A DNA stretch of 64,000 nt from Deltaproteobacteria bacterium (GCA_026129095.1 JAHCIT010000002.1:186001-250000); one strand, 5' to 3'. Positions 47,565 through 57,613 are shown, numbered from the stretch's first letter. Numbers and translations are program-made. The notes: a model not told the origin generated them from the letters alone.

Positions 47565-47855
47565 CTAGTGGCCACCCCGGCTGCCGCCTCCACCGCTGTT
47601 GAACTCGAACTCGTCGAGCATCGAGCGCGCAACCCCTTCTTCCTCGGAATCCCGCTCGATCTTCTTGGCAGCCTTCCGGTTCGCCGACTTCTTGTCGTCG
47701 TCGATGTCGCGCAGCATCCAGGTGTACCGGTCAATCTTCCGGGCCACCAGCGGCGCCTTGCAGTAGCTGCAATAGACCTCGTCACCGTCCTCCTGGTTCA
47801 CGTCCAGCGGGACGTCGGCACTGCATAACGGGCACTCGGCGGAAACGTTGGCCAT
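47565..47855 (-). CDS. Small zinc-ribbon protein, LysW-like N-terminus
   Basis: CPLC-x18-CSYC with G.EV.C pattern; charged tail; GGAGG RBS. Confidence 0.7.
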   Translation of the reverse strand: MANVSAECPLCSADVPLDVNQEDGDEVYCSYCKAPLVARKIDRYTWMLRDIDDDKKSANRKAAKKIERDSEEEGVARSMLDEFEFNSGGGGSRGGH

Positions 47856-48033
47856 GGGGCACCTCCCGGTCGGGAAAGGGGTTTGGAAAGAACCGCAGAT
47901 TTCGATTCTACCCCACTGCCGGAGCGGGTAAAAGCGGGAAAATCCCCCCCAAAAACAGTCCGGGCGGCCCGGCCTCCCGCATCCTTAGCGTGGCCCCGGC
48001 CGCCCGGCTTTGCTTATAAGAATTATAAGGAAA

Positions 48034-48055
48034 GGGCCGGAGATTTCTCCGGCCC
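48034..48055 (-). terminator. Intrinsic terminator after the FYDLN gene
   Basis: GGGCCGGAG-N4-CTCCGGCCC hairpin followed on the minus strand by TTTCCTT. Confidence 0.6.
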
Positions 48056-48072
48056 CTGGAGAGCCAACAGGC

Positions 48073-48405
48073 TCAATCTTCCTCGTCGTCGTCCGAGGAC
48101 TCCTCTTCCTCTTCTTCCTCTTCTTCTTCCTCGCCGGCGCCGCCGATATCTTCCAGTATCTCCTCGTCCTCGCCAGCCTCCTCGCCGTCGTCGGCCTCCT
48201 CGGCGGCGAGGATGCTCCGCTCGGCTGCCGCCAGGCTGGTGCGGGCCGAGACGGCCGCGGCGGCTGCCACCGGTGCCGTTATCGCCGGACGGTCGGCCTG
48301 GTTGGCCCCGCAGCTCGGACAGACGCACTCGCTCTTGTGCAGGTCGTAGAACTTCGTCCCGCACTTGAAGCACATGAATTTCTTACCGTAATCGACTAGC
48401 GGCAT
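48073..48405 (-). CDS. FYDLN acid domain protein (TIGR02300-like)
   Basis: GKKFMCFKCGTKFYDLHK..CPSCG and a very acidic tail. Confidence 0.88.
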   Translation of the reverse strand: MPLVDYGKKFMCFKCGTKFYDLHKSECVCPSCGANQADRPAITAPVAAAAAVSARTSLAAAERSILAAEEADDGEEAGEDEEILEDIGGAGEEEEEEEEEEESSDDDEED

Positions 48406-48607
48406 GGCCGGACCCTCTTCTCGGTCGCCCCACATAGCGTCTCTGGCGGTGAAGGTCCATCCCCTCCCGGCGATTTTCAGGGGAGCGTGAAACTGCCCTG
48501 AAAAACATCTTCCCTGAAACCCGCCCGGGGTCATTGAAATCGCCCCTGCCGCTGGCTATGGGGGCCGGGCAAAAAAGGGCCGTTTAGGGGCATTTGGGCC
48601 GCTCAGA

Positions 48608-48636
48608 TTGACTTTGCGGCGGATGGCTCCGACAAT
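48608..48636 (+). promoter_or_regulatory. Candidate sigma70 promoter for korAB
   Basis: TTGACT-17 bp-GACAAT, about 220 bp upstream of the korA start. Confidence 0.5.
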
Positions 48637-48857
48637 CGGCCCCAAGGCGGATAGTGCCGGAACCGGCCCGGAACGGGGCTGGAGAGGCAGAGGCCGCCGC
48701 GCACAACCAGATTAGTGGTCCGGCGGCCTGCCGGGCTGCCCCGTACGGCTGAAGGGAATTACGCCGCAGGGTTTGATCGGGTTTCGTCCGGCTGGTCATG
48801 GTGAACCGGCCGGGTTCCCCAAGATGGGAACTACCGGAACCCAAGGAGCACCTGGCC

Positions 48858-50708
48858 TTGTCCCCTCAAACTGAGGCGGCGTCCGCCGCCAAGCCCCTCG
48901 AAGAACACTCCCACCTCGTTGTCCGCTTTGCCGGCGATTCCGGCGACGGCATGCAGATCACCGGATCGCAGTTCACGGCCACCAACGCCGTGTACGGAAA
49001 CGACCTGGCCACGCTGCCCGACTTCCCCGCCGAGATCCGGGCACCCGCCGGCACGCTGGCCGGCGTCTCCGGGTTCCAGCTCAATTTCGGCTCGCAGAAG
49101 ATCTACACGGCCGGCGACCAGCCCGACGTCTTCGTCACCATGAACCCGGCAGCGCTCAAGGTGAACCTGCCGGAACTTCCGAACGGCTGCGTCATCATCG
49201 CCAACGAGGACGCCTTCACCGACCGCAACCTGAAGATGGCGGGATTCGCGTCGAACCCGCTCGCCGACGATTCGCTCTCGAAGTTCCGCGTCTACCCGGT
49301 GAAGATCTCGACGCTGACGAACAACGCGCTCGCCGACGTGGAAATGTCCGCCAAGGACAAGGCCCGCTGCAAGAACTTCTTTGCCCTGGGCCTCATCTAC
49401 TGGATGTTCAACCGCTCGCCCGAACAGACGATGCGGTTCCTCAAGGACAAGTTCTCCAAGAAGCCGGTCATCCTGGAAGCGAACGAGAAGGCCATGCGCG
49501 CCGGCATGAACTACGGCGAGACGGCCGAGGCGTTCACCACCCGCTACGAGGTGAAGGAAGCCCAGCTGACGCCGGGCAAGTACCGCAACATCACCGGCAA
49601 CTCGGCCATGGCAATCGGGCTGGTGGCGGCGTCGAAGCTGTCCGGGGTTCCGCTGTTCCTGGGGTCGTACCCGATCACCCCGGCCTCGGACATCCTCCAC
49701 GAGCTGTCCCGTTACAAGAACTTCGGCATCATGACGTTCCAGGCCGAGGACGAAATCGCCGCCGTCTGCTCGGCCATCGGCGCGGCGTTCGCCGGCTACC
49801 TGGGCCTCACGACAACCTCCGGTCCCGGCATCGCCCTCAAGGCGGAGGCGATCGGGCTGGCGGTAATGACCGAGCTGCCGCTGCTCATCGTCAACGTCCA
49901 GCGCGGCGGGCCCTCGACGGGGCTGCCGACCAAGACCGAGCAGGCCGACCTCCTGCAGGCGATGTACGGCCGCAACGGCGAGTGCCCGGTGGCCATCGTC
50001 GCCCCCTCGACGCCGGGCGACTGCTTCCACATCGCCATCGAGGCCACCCGGATCGCCACCAAATACATGACTCCGGTGATGATCCTCTCGGACGGCTACC
50101 TGGCGAACGGCGCCGAGGCGTGGCGGCTCCCCAGGATATCCGACCTGCCCAGGATCGACGTGAAGTTCCGCACCGATCCCAGCGGCTACAAGCCCTACCT
50201 GCGCGACGAGAACCTGGCCCGCCCGTGGGTCAGGCCAGGCACGCCAGGGCTGGAGCACCGGATCGGCGGCATCGAGAAGCAGGACATCACCGGCAACGTG
50301 AACTACGAGGCCCGCAACCACGAGCACATGGTGAAGCTCCGGGCCCAGAAGATCGCCAACATCGCAAAAGACATTCCGGCGCTCAAGGTGCTCGGCGACC
50401 CCGAGGGCGACGTGCTCGTCGTGGGCTGGGGCTCGACCTACGGCTCCATCACCGCGGCGGTCGAAGAGCTCCGGGCCCAGGGCAAGCGCGTCTCGGGCGT
50501 GCACCTCCGGCACCTCAACCCCTTTCCGCCGAACCTGGGCGAGATCCTCGGGAAGTTCAGGAAGGTGATCGTTCCGGAGATGAACGCCGGGCAGCTCGTG
50601 AAGATCATCCGGGCCACCTTCAACGTGCCCGCCATCGGCGTGAACAAGATCCAGGGCCAGCCGTTCCGCAAGCGCGAGGTCGTGGACGGCATCCTGACGC
50701 ACCTGTAA
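48858..50708 (+). CDS. korA: 2-oxoacid:ferredoxin oxidoreductase alpha subunit (gamma-alpha fusion)
   Basis: RFAGDSGDGMQ, YPITPAS, QAEDEIA, QRGGPSTGLPTK; TTG start after AAGGAG. Substrate specificity not determinable. Confidence 0.9.
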   Translation: MSPQTEAASAAKPLEEHSHLVVRFAGDSGDGMQITGSQFTATNAVYGNDLATLPDFPAEIRAPAGTLAGVSGFQLNFGSQKIYTAGDQPDVFVTMNPAALKVNLPELPNGCVIIANEDAFTDRNLKMAGFASNPLADDSLSKFRVYPVKISTLTNNALADVEMSAKDKARCKNFFALGLIYWMFNRSPEQTMRFLKDKFSKKPVILEANEKAMRAGMNYGETAEAFTTRYEVKEAQLTPGKYRNITGNSAMAIGLVAASKLSGVPLFLGSYPITPASDILHELSRYKNFGIMTFQAEDEIAAVCSAIGAAFAGYLGLTTTSGPGIALKAEAIGLAVMTELPLLIVNVQRGGPSTGLPTKTEQADLLQAMYGRNGECPVAIVAPSTPGDCFHIAIEATRIATKYMTPVMILSDGYLANGAEAWRLPRISDLPRIDVKFRTDPSGYKPYLRDENLARPWVRPGTPGLEHRIGGIEKQDITGNVNYEARNHEHMVKLRAQKIANIAKDIPALKVLGDPEGDVLVVGWGSTYGSITAAVEELRAQGKRVSGVHLRHLNPFPPNLGEILGKFRKVIVPEMNAGQLVKIIRATFNVPAIGVNKIQGQPFRKREVVDGILTHL

Positions 50709-50744
50709 GAGCCGGGGAACCGCACCGGGGAGAAAGAACGGTTT

Positions 50745-51764
50745 ATGACGGAAGCAGCAACCAAACTGACGAAGGCCGATTTCCAGAGCGACCAGGACAT
50801 CCGGTGGTGTCCCGGCTGCGGGGACTACTCGATCCTCGCCCAGGTGCAGAACGTGATGCCGGAGCTCGGCGTCCCCAAGGAGAAGGTCGTCTTCGTCTCC
50901 GGCATCGGATGCAGCTCGCGCTTTCCCTACTACATGAACACCTATGGGCTGCACAGCATTCACGGCCGCGCCCCGGCGGTGGCCACCGGCGTCAAGTGCA
51001 TGAGCCCGGACCTGTCGGTGTGGGTCGTCACCGGCGACGGCGACGGACTCTCCATCGGCGGCAACCACTTCATCCACGCCATCCGGCGGAACGTGGACCT
51101 GAACGTCCTCATGTTCAACAACCGCATCTACGGGCTCACCAAGGGCCAGTATTCGCCGACCTCGGAGCTGGGCAAGAAGACCAAGTCCACGCCGATGGGG
51201 AGCGTGGACTACCCGCTGCACCCGATCTCGCTGGCGCTCGGCGCGGAGGCGACCTTCGTCGCCCGCACCATGGACGTGGACCCCAAGTCGCTGCGCTACT
51301 GCGTCAAGCGCGCCGCCGAGCACAAGGGGATCGCGTTCGTCGAGATCTACCAGAACTGCAACATCTTCAACGACGGGGCCTACGACTCCATCGTCGAGAA
51401 GAGCATCCGCTCGGACCGCGTGCTCTACCTGGAGCACGGCAAGCCGATGATCTTCGGCAAGGACATGAACAAGGGACTGAAGCTAAACGGCTTCCAGCTC
51501 GAAGTGGCGACGATCGGCGAGAACGGCGTCACCGAGAAGGATATCGTCGTACACGACGAGACGAACCCCGACCCCACGATGGCGTTCCTCCTGTCGCGGC
51601 TGGACGAGGCCACCTTCCCGGTCCCGATGGGCGTGTTCCGCGCCGTCCGGCGGCCCGCGTTCGACGAGATGATGAACGACCAGGTGAAGGCGGCCACACA
51701 GAAGAGCGGCCCCGGCGACCTGGATTCGCTCCTGAACCAGGGCGATACCTGGGAAGTCCACTGA
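50745..51764 (+). CDS. korB: 2-oxoacid:ferredoxin oxidoreductase beta subunit
   Basis: WCPGCG, GIGCSSR, GDGD..NN..YGLTKGQ.SPT TPP-binding motif. Confidence 0.92.
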   Translation: MTEAATKLTKADFQSDQDIRWCPGCGDYSILAQVQNVMPELGVPKEKVVFVSGIGCSSRFPYYMNTYGLHSIHGRAPAVATGVKCMSPDLSVWVVTGDGDGLSIGGNHFIHAIRRNVDLNVLMFNNRIYGLTKGQYSPTSELGKKTKSTPMGSVDYPLHPISLALGAEATFVARTMDVDPKSLRYCVKRAAEHKGIAFVEIYQNCNIFNDGAYDSIVEKSIRSDRVLYLEHGKPMIFGKDMNKGLKLNGFQLEVATIGENGVTEKDIVVHDETNPDPTMAFLLSRLDEATFPVPMGVFRAVRRPAFDEMMNDQVKAATQKSGPGDLDSLLNQGDTWEVH

Positions 51765-51771
51765 CCGGCCG

Positions 51772-52260
51772 TTACAGCCGCTTGCGGTAGTTCACGCAGC
51801 GGTCCACCACCTCGAACCCCAGCGCCTCATGGGCGCGCTGCGCCTCCATGTTGTCGATCCAGGTATCGGAGGCGATCTCCATGCAACCCTGCTGGCGGCA
51901 CCACGCCTCGGCCGCCGCCATCAGCGCCTTCCCTGCGCCGCGCCCCTTGAACTCCGGCCGCACGTACCAGCCCTCGATGAATCCGCACGGCCTTCCGGGG
52001 TCGCAGCCGTCGGCGTGGGACCGCAGGCCCACCTCGATAAACCCGGCCAGCTTGCTGGCCGGCCCGGCTGCCGGAGACGCCTCCGCCACCAGGATGGCGA
52101 GCGGCAGCGTGCTCCGGGGACGGCCTGCGAGAATGGCCCGGATCTCCGTCCGGTGTTCTTCCGCCGTTCCCTCCGGCCAGAGGGCGGCTCTCAAGGCAAC
52201 GAGCGTTTCCTCGTCGTCGGCGGTGGCGGGGCGGACGGTCATGGGGTTCAAAAATGCCAC
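51772..52260 (-). CDS. GNAT acetyltransferase, AAC(6')-I-like
   Basis: LRAALWP, R.HADGC, FIEGWYV, EIASDT..DN..AH..LGF. Confidence 0.8.
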   Translation of the reverse strand: MAFLNPMTVRPATADDEETLVALRAALWPEGTAEEHRTEIRAILAGRPRSTLPLAILVAEASPAAGPASKLAGFIEVGLRSHADGCDPGRPCGFIEGWYVRPEFKGRGAGKALMAAAEAWCRQQGCMEIASDTWIDNMEAQRAHEALGFEVVDRCVNYRKRL

Positions 52261-52291
52261 GGGCAGGGGCGGGACGGCAATGACGCTGCCG

Positions 52292-53200
52292 CTACTCCCG
52301 TCTCAGCACGAGCACGTTCTGGTGGGCGATGTTCGGGACGAACGCCCTGGGATATCCGTACGGGCGCAGCCGGGTGCCGGGGACGTACCAGATGAACTCG
52401 CCCTTGAGCCGCCATCCGGCCGCCTCGGCCCGGCGGGCGGCCTCGGCCGCCACCTGGATGTAGCGCCCCTGCTGGTAGGCATTGCGGAGAATCACGGCCG
52501 CGTAGCCCCCCGGCTTCACCGCCGGAAGGAGCCGGGCGAACACCTCGCCGAGCCGCGCAAAGAACGATTCGAAATCCACCGACTGGGAGAGGTCGCCCTC
52601 GATCTCCGAAAACCGCGCCAGATCGGTCCGGCGGAGCGGGTGGCTTGCGGCACGGCCCTTCGCCGCCGGGGCGCACATGGTCCGCTCGAAGTTGAGCCCG
52701 TAGGGGGGATCGGTGGCGACGAAACCGGCGAACCCCTCGCCAAGCCTTTCGACCAGTTCCGGCACGACCCGGAGGGCGTCGCCTGTCTCGACGGGGAACG
52801 GCTCCAGGTTCTCGCGGCGGCAGACCTCCCGGTAGACTCCGGCCCACTCGGGGTTGATCTCGATGCCGAGCGCCCGCCGCCCCGACACCGCCGCGCCGAG
52901 CAGCGTGCCGCCCACGCCCGCGAACGGGTCCAGCACCAGCTCGCCCGGCTTGGTGAACAGGCGGATCAGGTCGGCCATGAGGCCGGGCGGCTTGTTCCCG
53001 CCGTGACGCTTCCTGAGATCGTGGCCCAGTTCGTGCGGATATGGGCGGTCAATCAGCGACCGGGACCAGTAGAGCCATTCGGCGCCGGTCAGATCGTTGA
53101 GCGTGTTGTCCGGGTGAACGGCGGACGGTTTCCGGGCGGGACGCCGCCGCACGGCAGGCTTAGGGTTTCGCGGGGCGGCCACCGGTGCTCCTCCCCTCAC
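52292..53200 (-). CDS. Amino (N4/N6) methyltransferase, orphan
   Basis: KPP.L, VLDPFAGVGGT (motif I) precedes TDPPY (motif IV); start uncertain. Confidence 0.8.
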   Translation of the reverse strand: MRGGAPVAAPRNPKPAVRRRPARKPSAVHPDNTLNDLTGAEWLYWSRSLIDRPYPHELGHDLRKRHGGNKPPGLMADLIRLFTKPGELVLDPFAGVGGTLLGAAVSGRRALGIEINPEWAGVYREVCRRENLEPFPVETGDALRVVPELVERLGEGFAGFVATDPPYGLNFERTMCAPAAKGRAASHPLRRTDLARFSEIEGDLSQSVDFESFFARLGEVFARLLPAVKPGGYAAVILRNAYQQGRYIQVAAEAARRAEAAGWRLKGEFIWYVPGTRLRPYGYPRAFVPNIAHQNVLVLRRE

Positions 53201-54165
53201 ACCACCGCATTCCGCGGTTCACGGCCTTCGAGAACATCAATGATCGCCTGCGCGCACAGCTCGCCCATTTTCGCCCGTGTCTCGCGGGTAGCGCTTCCCG
53301 CATGGGGAGCGAGCACCACGTTCGGAAGGTCCACGAGGCCGGGCGACAGTTCCGGCTCCCGTTCGAACACGTCGAGCCCCGCGCCGAAGATCCTCCGCGC
53401 CCGGAGCAGTTCCACCAGCGCGGCCTCGTCCACCACCTGCCCGCGGGCGGTATTGACCAGAATGGCATCTGCCTTGAGAAGCGCCAGCCGTTCCCGCGAC
53501 AGCAGGCCGGCCGATTCGGCGTTGAGCGGCGTGTGGATGGAAACGACATCGGCCGTGCGGAGCAGTTCCTCCAGCGGAACCCGGCGCGCCTGGACGGCCG
53601 CCGCATGGGGCGACTCGCTGCGGTTTGCATAAACCACGTCCATGCCGGAGGCCCGTGCCCGCCGGGCGAAGGCCGCGCCGATGCGGCCGAGGCCGATCAC
53701 GCCGCAGGTCTTTCCCCAAAGCTCCACGCCCAGCATGAGGCCGGGCTGCCAGCCGGTGAACCGACCCTCGCGGGTGAAGCGGTCCCCCTCGACGATCCGC
53801 CGCGAGACGGCGAGCAGCAGCGCGAAGGCGAGCTCGGCCGTCGCCTCGGTGAGGACATCCGGCGTGTTGCAGACACGGATGCCGCGCTCGCGGCAGCAGG
53901 CGATGTCGATGTTGTTGTACCCGACGGCGTAGGTGGCGATGACCTTGAGCTCCGGGGCCGACTCGATCACCTCCCGCGTGAAGGGATCGGACAGCATGCC
54001 GAGCACGGCCGCCGACCCGCGGAGCGCCCGCCTGAGATCCGCCGGGGTGCGGGGATCCGCCCCTTCGAGAAGGTTCACACGGAACCTCTCCTCCAGCATC
54101 GCGGCCGCCGGGCCCGGCGGACGGGCGGTGACGGTGACGAGCGGACTGTCCGGTGAAGGCGGCAT
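53197..54165 (-). CDS. D-2-hydroxyacid dehydrogenase (glyoxylate reductase/D-glycerate dehydrogenase-like)
   Basis: VGYNNID, NTPDVLT, GLGRIG, NTARG, LDVFEREP, PHAGSAT. Confidence 0.92.
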   Translation of the reverse strand: MPPSPDSPLVTVTARPPGPAAAMLEERFRVNLLEGADPRTPADLRRALRGSAAVLGMLSDPFTREVIESAPELKVIATYAVGYNNIDIACCRERGIRVCNTPDVLTEATAELAFALLLAVSRRIVEGDRFTREGRFTGWQPGLMLGVELWGKTCGVIGLGRIGAAFARRARASGMDVVYANRSESPHAAAVQARRVPLEELLRTADVVSIHTPLNAESAGLLSRERLALLKADAILVNTARGQVVDEAALVELLRARRIFGAGLDVFEREPELSPGLVDLPNVVLAPHAGSATRETRAKMGELCAQAIIDVLEGREPRNAVV

Positions 54166-54230
54166 GAAAACGGCACTTTCGTTTCCGGCGTGTCTTGGGG
54201 CCGGGCACGGACTATGTAGCACGGGGCGGC

Positions 54231-55454
54231 ATGACGGTGGATACCGCAGACAACAACAGCAGGCGGATTTTCTGGAGCCTTTTCCTGGCGGTTTTCTCCG
54301 CCATGATCGGCGTGGGCGTCATCACGCCGTTCCTGCCGCTGCTCGGCCAGAAGTTCGGCGCGTCGGCGACCGAGCTGGGCATCCTGGTGTCGGCCTTCTC
54401 GGTCTCCCGCCTCTTCGGCATGCCCGTGGCGGGGCGGCTCGCCGACCGGTACGGCCGCAAGCGGTTCATCTTCGCGGGCCTTGCCGGCTACACGCTGCTG
54501 TCGTTCGCCTACCTCGCCAGCAGTTCCGTCTGGGAGTTCACCGTCGTCCGCCTGCTGCACGGCCTTGCCGCCGCGCTCGTTGTGCCGCTGGCGATGGCCG
54601 TCGTGGCCGACCTCGCCCAGCCCGGAAAGGAAGGAACCCAGATCGGCACGTTCACCGTCTCCATCGGCGCCGGGTGGGGGCTCGGCCCGCTCATGGGCGG
54701 CATCCTGCTGGACCGGTTCGGCTTCAGCGCCGCGTTCTACTTCATGGGCGCGCTCACGGGGCTTGCGCTGCTTCTCGCCGTCCTTTTTCTGCCCCGGACG
54801 CCCTCGCCCGTCCGCGACAAGCCGCCCGTCCCGTACCTGGAGATGCTCCGCCACCGGCAGGTCCGTGCGCTCACCTGGTACCGGATCTCGTCGGTGACGG
54901 GCCGCTCGCTACTGATCGCCTTCCTGCCGCTGTATGCCATCACCCGCATCCACCTGACGCCGACGGAAACGGGAATCATCATCTCGGCGATGGTCCTGCT
55001 GATGAGCGCGCTGCAGCCGGTGTTCGGCCGCCTCGCCGACCGGACGAGCCGGAAGAATCTCATGGCCGCCAGTTCCGTGCTCGGAGCGGCGACGCTGGCC
55101 ATCGTCCCGCTCAGCGGGAGCTTCTGGCCGCTCCTGGTTTCGGTGATCGCCTTCGGGTTCGCCAACGAGCTGGGGAGCGTGTCGGCCACCGCGCTGGTCG
55201 TCGTCGAGGGCCGCGAGTTCGGCATGGGGAGCACCATCGCCCTCTTTTCGACGGCCCTGTCGGCCGGGATGATCGTGGGTCCGCTGATAGGCGGCATCGG
55301 CGAGGACTGGCTCGGGCCGGGCGCGTCGTTCTGGTCCGCCTCGGCGGTGGTGCTCACCGGCGTGCTGGTGAGCCGCCACATCTCCGACGCGCCGCCGCTG
55401 GAAGCGGGGCTCCCCGCGCCCATCCCGACTCCGGTGAACCAGCCCGAACAGTAG
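54231..55454 (+). CDS. MFS transporter (DHA1-like)
   Basis: GRLADRYGRK motif A and second-half GRLADRTSRK; about 12 TM helices. Confidence 0.9.
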   Translation: MTVDTADNNSRRIFWSLFLAVFSAMIGVGVITPFLPLLGQKFGASATELGILVSAFSVSRLFGMPVAGRLADRYGRKRFIFAGLAGYTLLSFAYLASSSVWEFTVVRLLHGLAAALVVPLAMAVVADLAQPGKEGTQIGTFTVSIGAGWGLGPLMGGILLDRFGFSAAFYFMGALTGLALLLAVLFLPRTPSPVRDKPPVPYLEMLRHRQVRALTWYRISSVTGRSLLIAFLPLYAITRIHLTPTETGIIISAMVLLMSALQPVFGRLADRTSRKNLMAASSVLGAATLAIVPLSGSFWPLLVSVIAFGFANELGSVSATALVVVEGREFGMGSTIALFSTALSAGMIVGPLIGGIGEDWLGPGASFWSASAVVLTGVLVSRHISDAPPLEAGLPAPIPTPVNQPEQ

Positions 55455-55460
55455 GCGGGA

Positions 55461-56711
55461 CTACTCCAGCTTCTTCAGCCGTTTGGCGGCGTCGGCGTGC
55501 CTGGGCCAGGCGGCGAGGGCGGCGAGGTAATGCTCGCGGGCCAGTTCCGGCTGCCCGTAAATTTCGTGAATCTGCCCGAGCATGGCGTGGCCGTCGGCCA
55601 GCCGGCGCCGGTCCACGGGGGCCGAGGCGACCCACGCCGCGAGATCGGTCTCGGCCCCGGCGTAGTCCCTGAGGTCGAACCGTGCGCGGCCCCGGTAGAA
55701 GCGGCCCTTCACGAACTCCGGGGCAATCGAGATGATGCGCTCGTAGTGCCGGAGGGCGCCGGCAGTGTCGTTCAGATCGAGACGGGACTGGCCCCGCAAC
55801 ACCAGCGAGATCACGTTGTCGGGGTAATGCTGCTCCAGCTCGGCGCCGATCGCCTCCACATCGTCGTACCGTTTTTCCTTGCGGTAGAGCCAGAGGAGCG
55901 CGATCTGCGCGATGGGCCGGGTGAACGGCCCCGACTCGGCCGCACGCCTGACCATCGCAATCCCCTCGGGACGGCGGTCCGGCAGGAAAAAGAGGAACCG
56001 GCGGAGCCGGTCGCTCACCACATACTCGTAAAGACCGAAGCCCAGGTCCGGATCGGCGAAACCGGGCTCCAGCTTCCGGGCGCGCTCCAGTTCCGACAGA
56101 GCCGCCTGCGCCCGGCGGTAGGCAGCGAAAGGATTGCCGTCCCAGAACTCAAGGAGCGCCTCGATCCCCCGGACAAATGCCCGCTGGAACCTCCAGCCCG
56201 GCACGTACGGGTCCGGCGGCGGGGGACGGTCCATGCGGAGCGTGGCGGCCTTCACCGCGCCCCTCAGCGTGGCGAGCGTGTCCTCCGATTTCGTTTCCAG
56301 GTATTCGGCAGTGAGCGCGATGCAGACGCCGAGGGGGCCCAGGATCCGGTTGGGATTCTGCGCGTCATACTGTTCGAAGCGCTGCCGGGCCTCACCGTAG
56401 CGGCGGTTCAGGATGAGATCGCGGCCAGCCACCAGTTCCCGGTAGATCTCTGGCTCGTAGAACCGGAACTGGTCCTCCGGCCGGGGGTCGCTCTCCTGCT
56501 GTGTGTCCGGCGGGGGTATTTCCACCGGCGAAGTTTCCGGAGCCTTTGCATCCGGTGGCTTTGCTGCTGACGCCGCTTCCCTGCCATTGACGCCGGTTTC
56601 AGCGCGGATTTCGGCCCGGACCTGAACGGCTGCCAGTTGCGCCGCCGCAAGGCAGGCCAGCACAAGAGGGCGCAGCGGGACCGGAAGACCTGTTCGGATA
56701 GGGTTGAGCAT
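55461..56711 (-). CDS. Secreted TPR-repeat protein
   Basis: Signal peptide, Pro-rich linker, multiple TPR-like helical repeats. Confidence 0.72.
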   Translation of the reverse strand: MLNPIRTGLPVPLRPLVLACLAAAQLAAVQVRAEIRAETGVNGREAASAAKPPDAKAPETSPVEIPPPDTQQESDPRPEDQFRFYEPEIYRELVAGRDLILNRRYGEARQRFEQYDAQNPNRILGPLGVCIALTAEYLETKSEDTLATLRGAVKAATLRMDRPPPPDPYVPGWRFQRAFVRGIEALLEFWDGNPFAAYRRAQAALSELERARKLEPGFADPDLGFGLYEYVVSDRLRRFLFFLPDRRPEGIAMVRRAAESGPFTRPIAQIALLWLYRKEKRYDDVEAIGAELEQHYPDNVISLVLRGQSRLDLNDTAGALRHYERIISIAPEFVKGRFYRGRARFDLRDYAGAETDLAAWVASAPVDRRRLADGHAMLGQIHEIYGQPELAREHYLAALAAWPRHADAAKRLKKLE

Positions 56712-56740
56712 ATGGCGGGAGGCCGGTTACAGCATAACAA

Positions 56741-57613
56741 ATGGACGCCGAAGCACCAAAACCCCCCAGCGGAAGAATCGCCCTCGTGGTGGAGGGCGGA
56801 GGGATGCGGGGCATCTTCGCGTCCGGCGTGCTGGACGCATTCGCCGAGGCGGCCTTCGCGCCGTTCGACCTGGCGATCGGCACCTCGGCCGGCGCCTGCA
56901 CGCTCGCCTCGCACCTGGCCGGTCAGACCGGCCGCAACCGGCGCGTCTTCAGGGAGCAGATGTGCAGGCCGGAGTTCATCAGCGCGTGGCGCTACCTGCG
57001 CGGCGGGCACTACATGGACCTGGACTGGCTGTGGGACACGCTGGACGCCGAGGATCCGCTGGATGTCCGGGCGGCGGCCGCCTGCCCCGGCGTGGAGTTC
57101 CTCGTCGCCGCCACCTCGGCCACGACGGGAAAGCCGGTCTACCTGAAGCCGGACGCCCCGCTGCTGAACCCCGCCCTGAAGGGATCGAGCGCCGTGCCGG
57201 TGCTCTACCGGGGGCCGGTGGACCTGGGGTTCGAGAAGGTCGTCGATGGCGGGGTCGCCGACCCCATCGCCGCGATCGAGGCCCGGCGGCGCGGAGCCGC
57301 CCGGATCGTGGTGATCCGCAGCCGCCCCTCCGGCTACGTGAAAAAGGAAGGACTGGAGAGCTGGCTCGGCCAGCAGGCGCTCAGGGGTTTTCCACAGCTC
57401 TCGCAGGCGGCGGCCCGGCAGGCCGGTGTCTACCGGGAAGCGGTGAGCTTCATCCACAACCCGCCCGATGGCTGCGAAATCACGGAAATCGCCCCACCGG
57501 GACCCCTCCGGACGGGCCGGACCACGCAGGACCGTGCCGCCCTGGACGCCGACTATGAGCTGGGCCGGAAAGCCGGCCGGGAGGCCATGATCGCGTGGCT
57601 CGGCCGGGAGTAA
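56741..57613 (+). CDS. Patatin-like phospholipase (YjjU-like)
   Basis: EGGGMRG, GTSAG, DGG motifs. Confidence 0.9.
   Translation: MDAEAPKPPSGRIALVVEGGGMRGIFASGVLDAFAEAAFAPFDLAIGTSAGACTLASHLAGQTGRNRRVFREQMCRPEFISAWRYLRGGHYMDLDWLWDTLDAEDPLDVRAAAACPGVEFLVAATSATTGKPVYLKPDAPLLNPALKGSSAVPVLYRGPVDLGFEKVVDGGVADPIAAIEARRRGAARIVVIRSRPSGYVKKEGLESWLGQQALRGFPQLSQAAARQAGVYREAVSFIHNPPDGCEITEIAPPGPLRTGRTTQDRAALDADYELGRKAGREAMIAWLGRE

Noticed and set aside
48073-48200. TCC/TTC-rich low-complexity repeat
   Set aside because: Encodes the acidic tail of the FYDLN protein.
48831-51437. 868-aa minus-strand ORF
   Set aside because: Antisense shadow of korAB in GC-rich DNA; no recognisable motifs.
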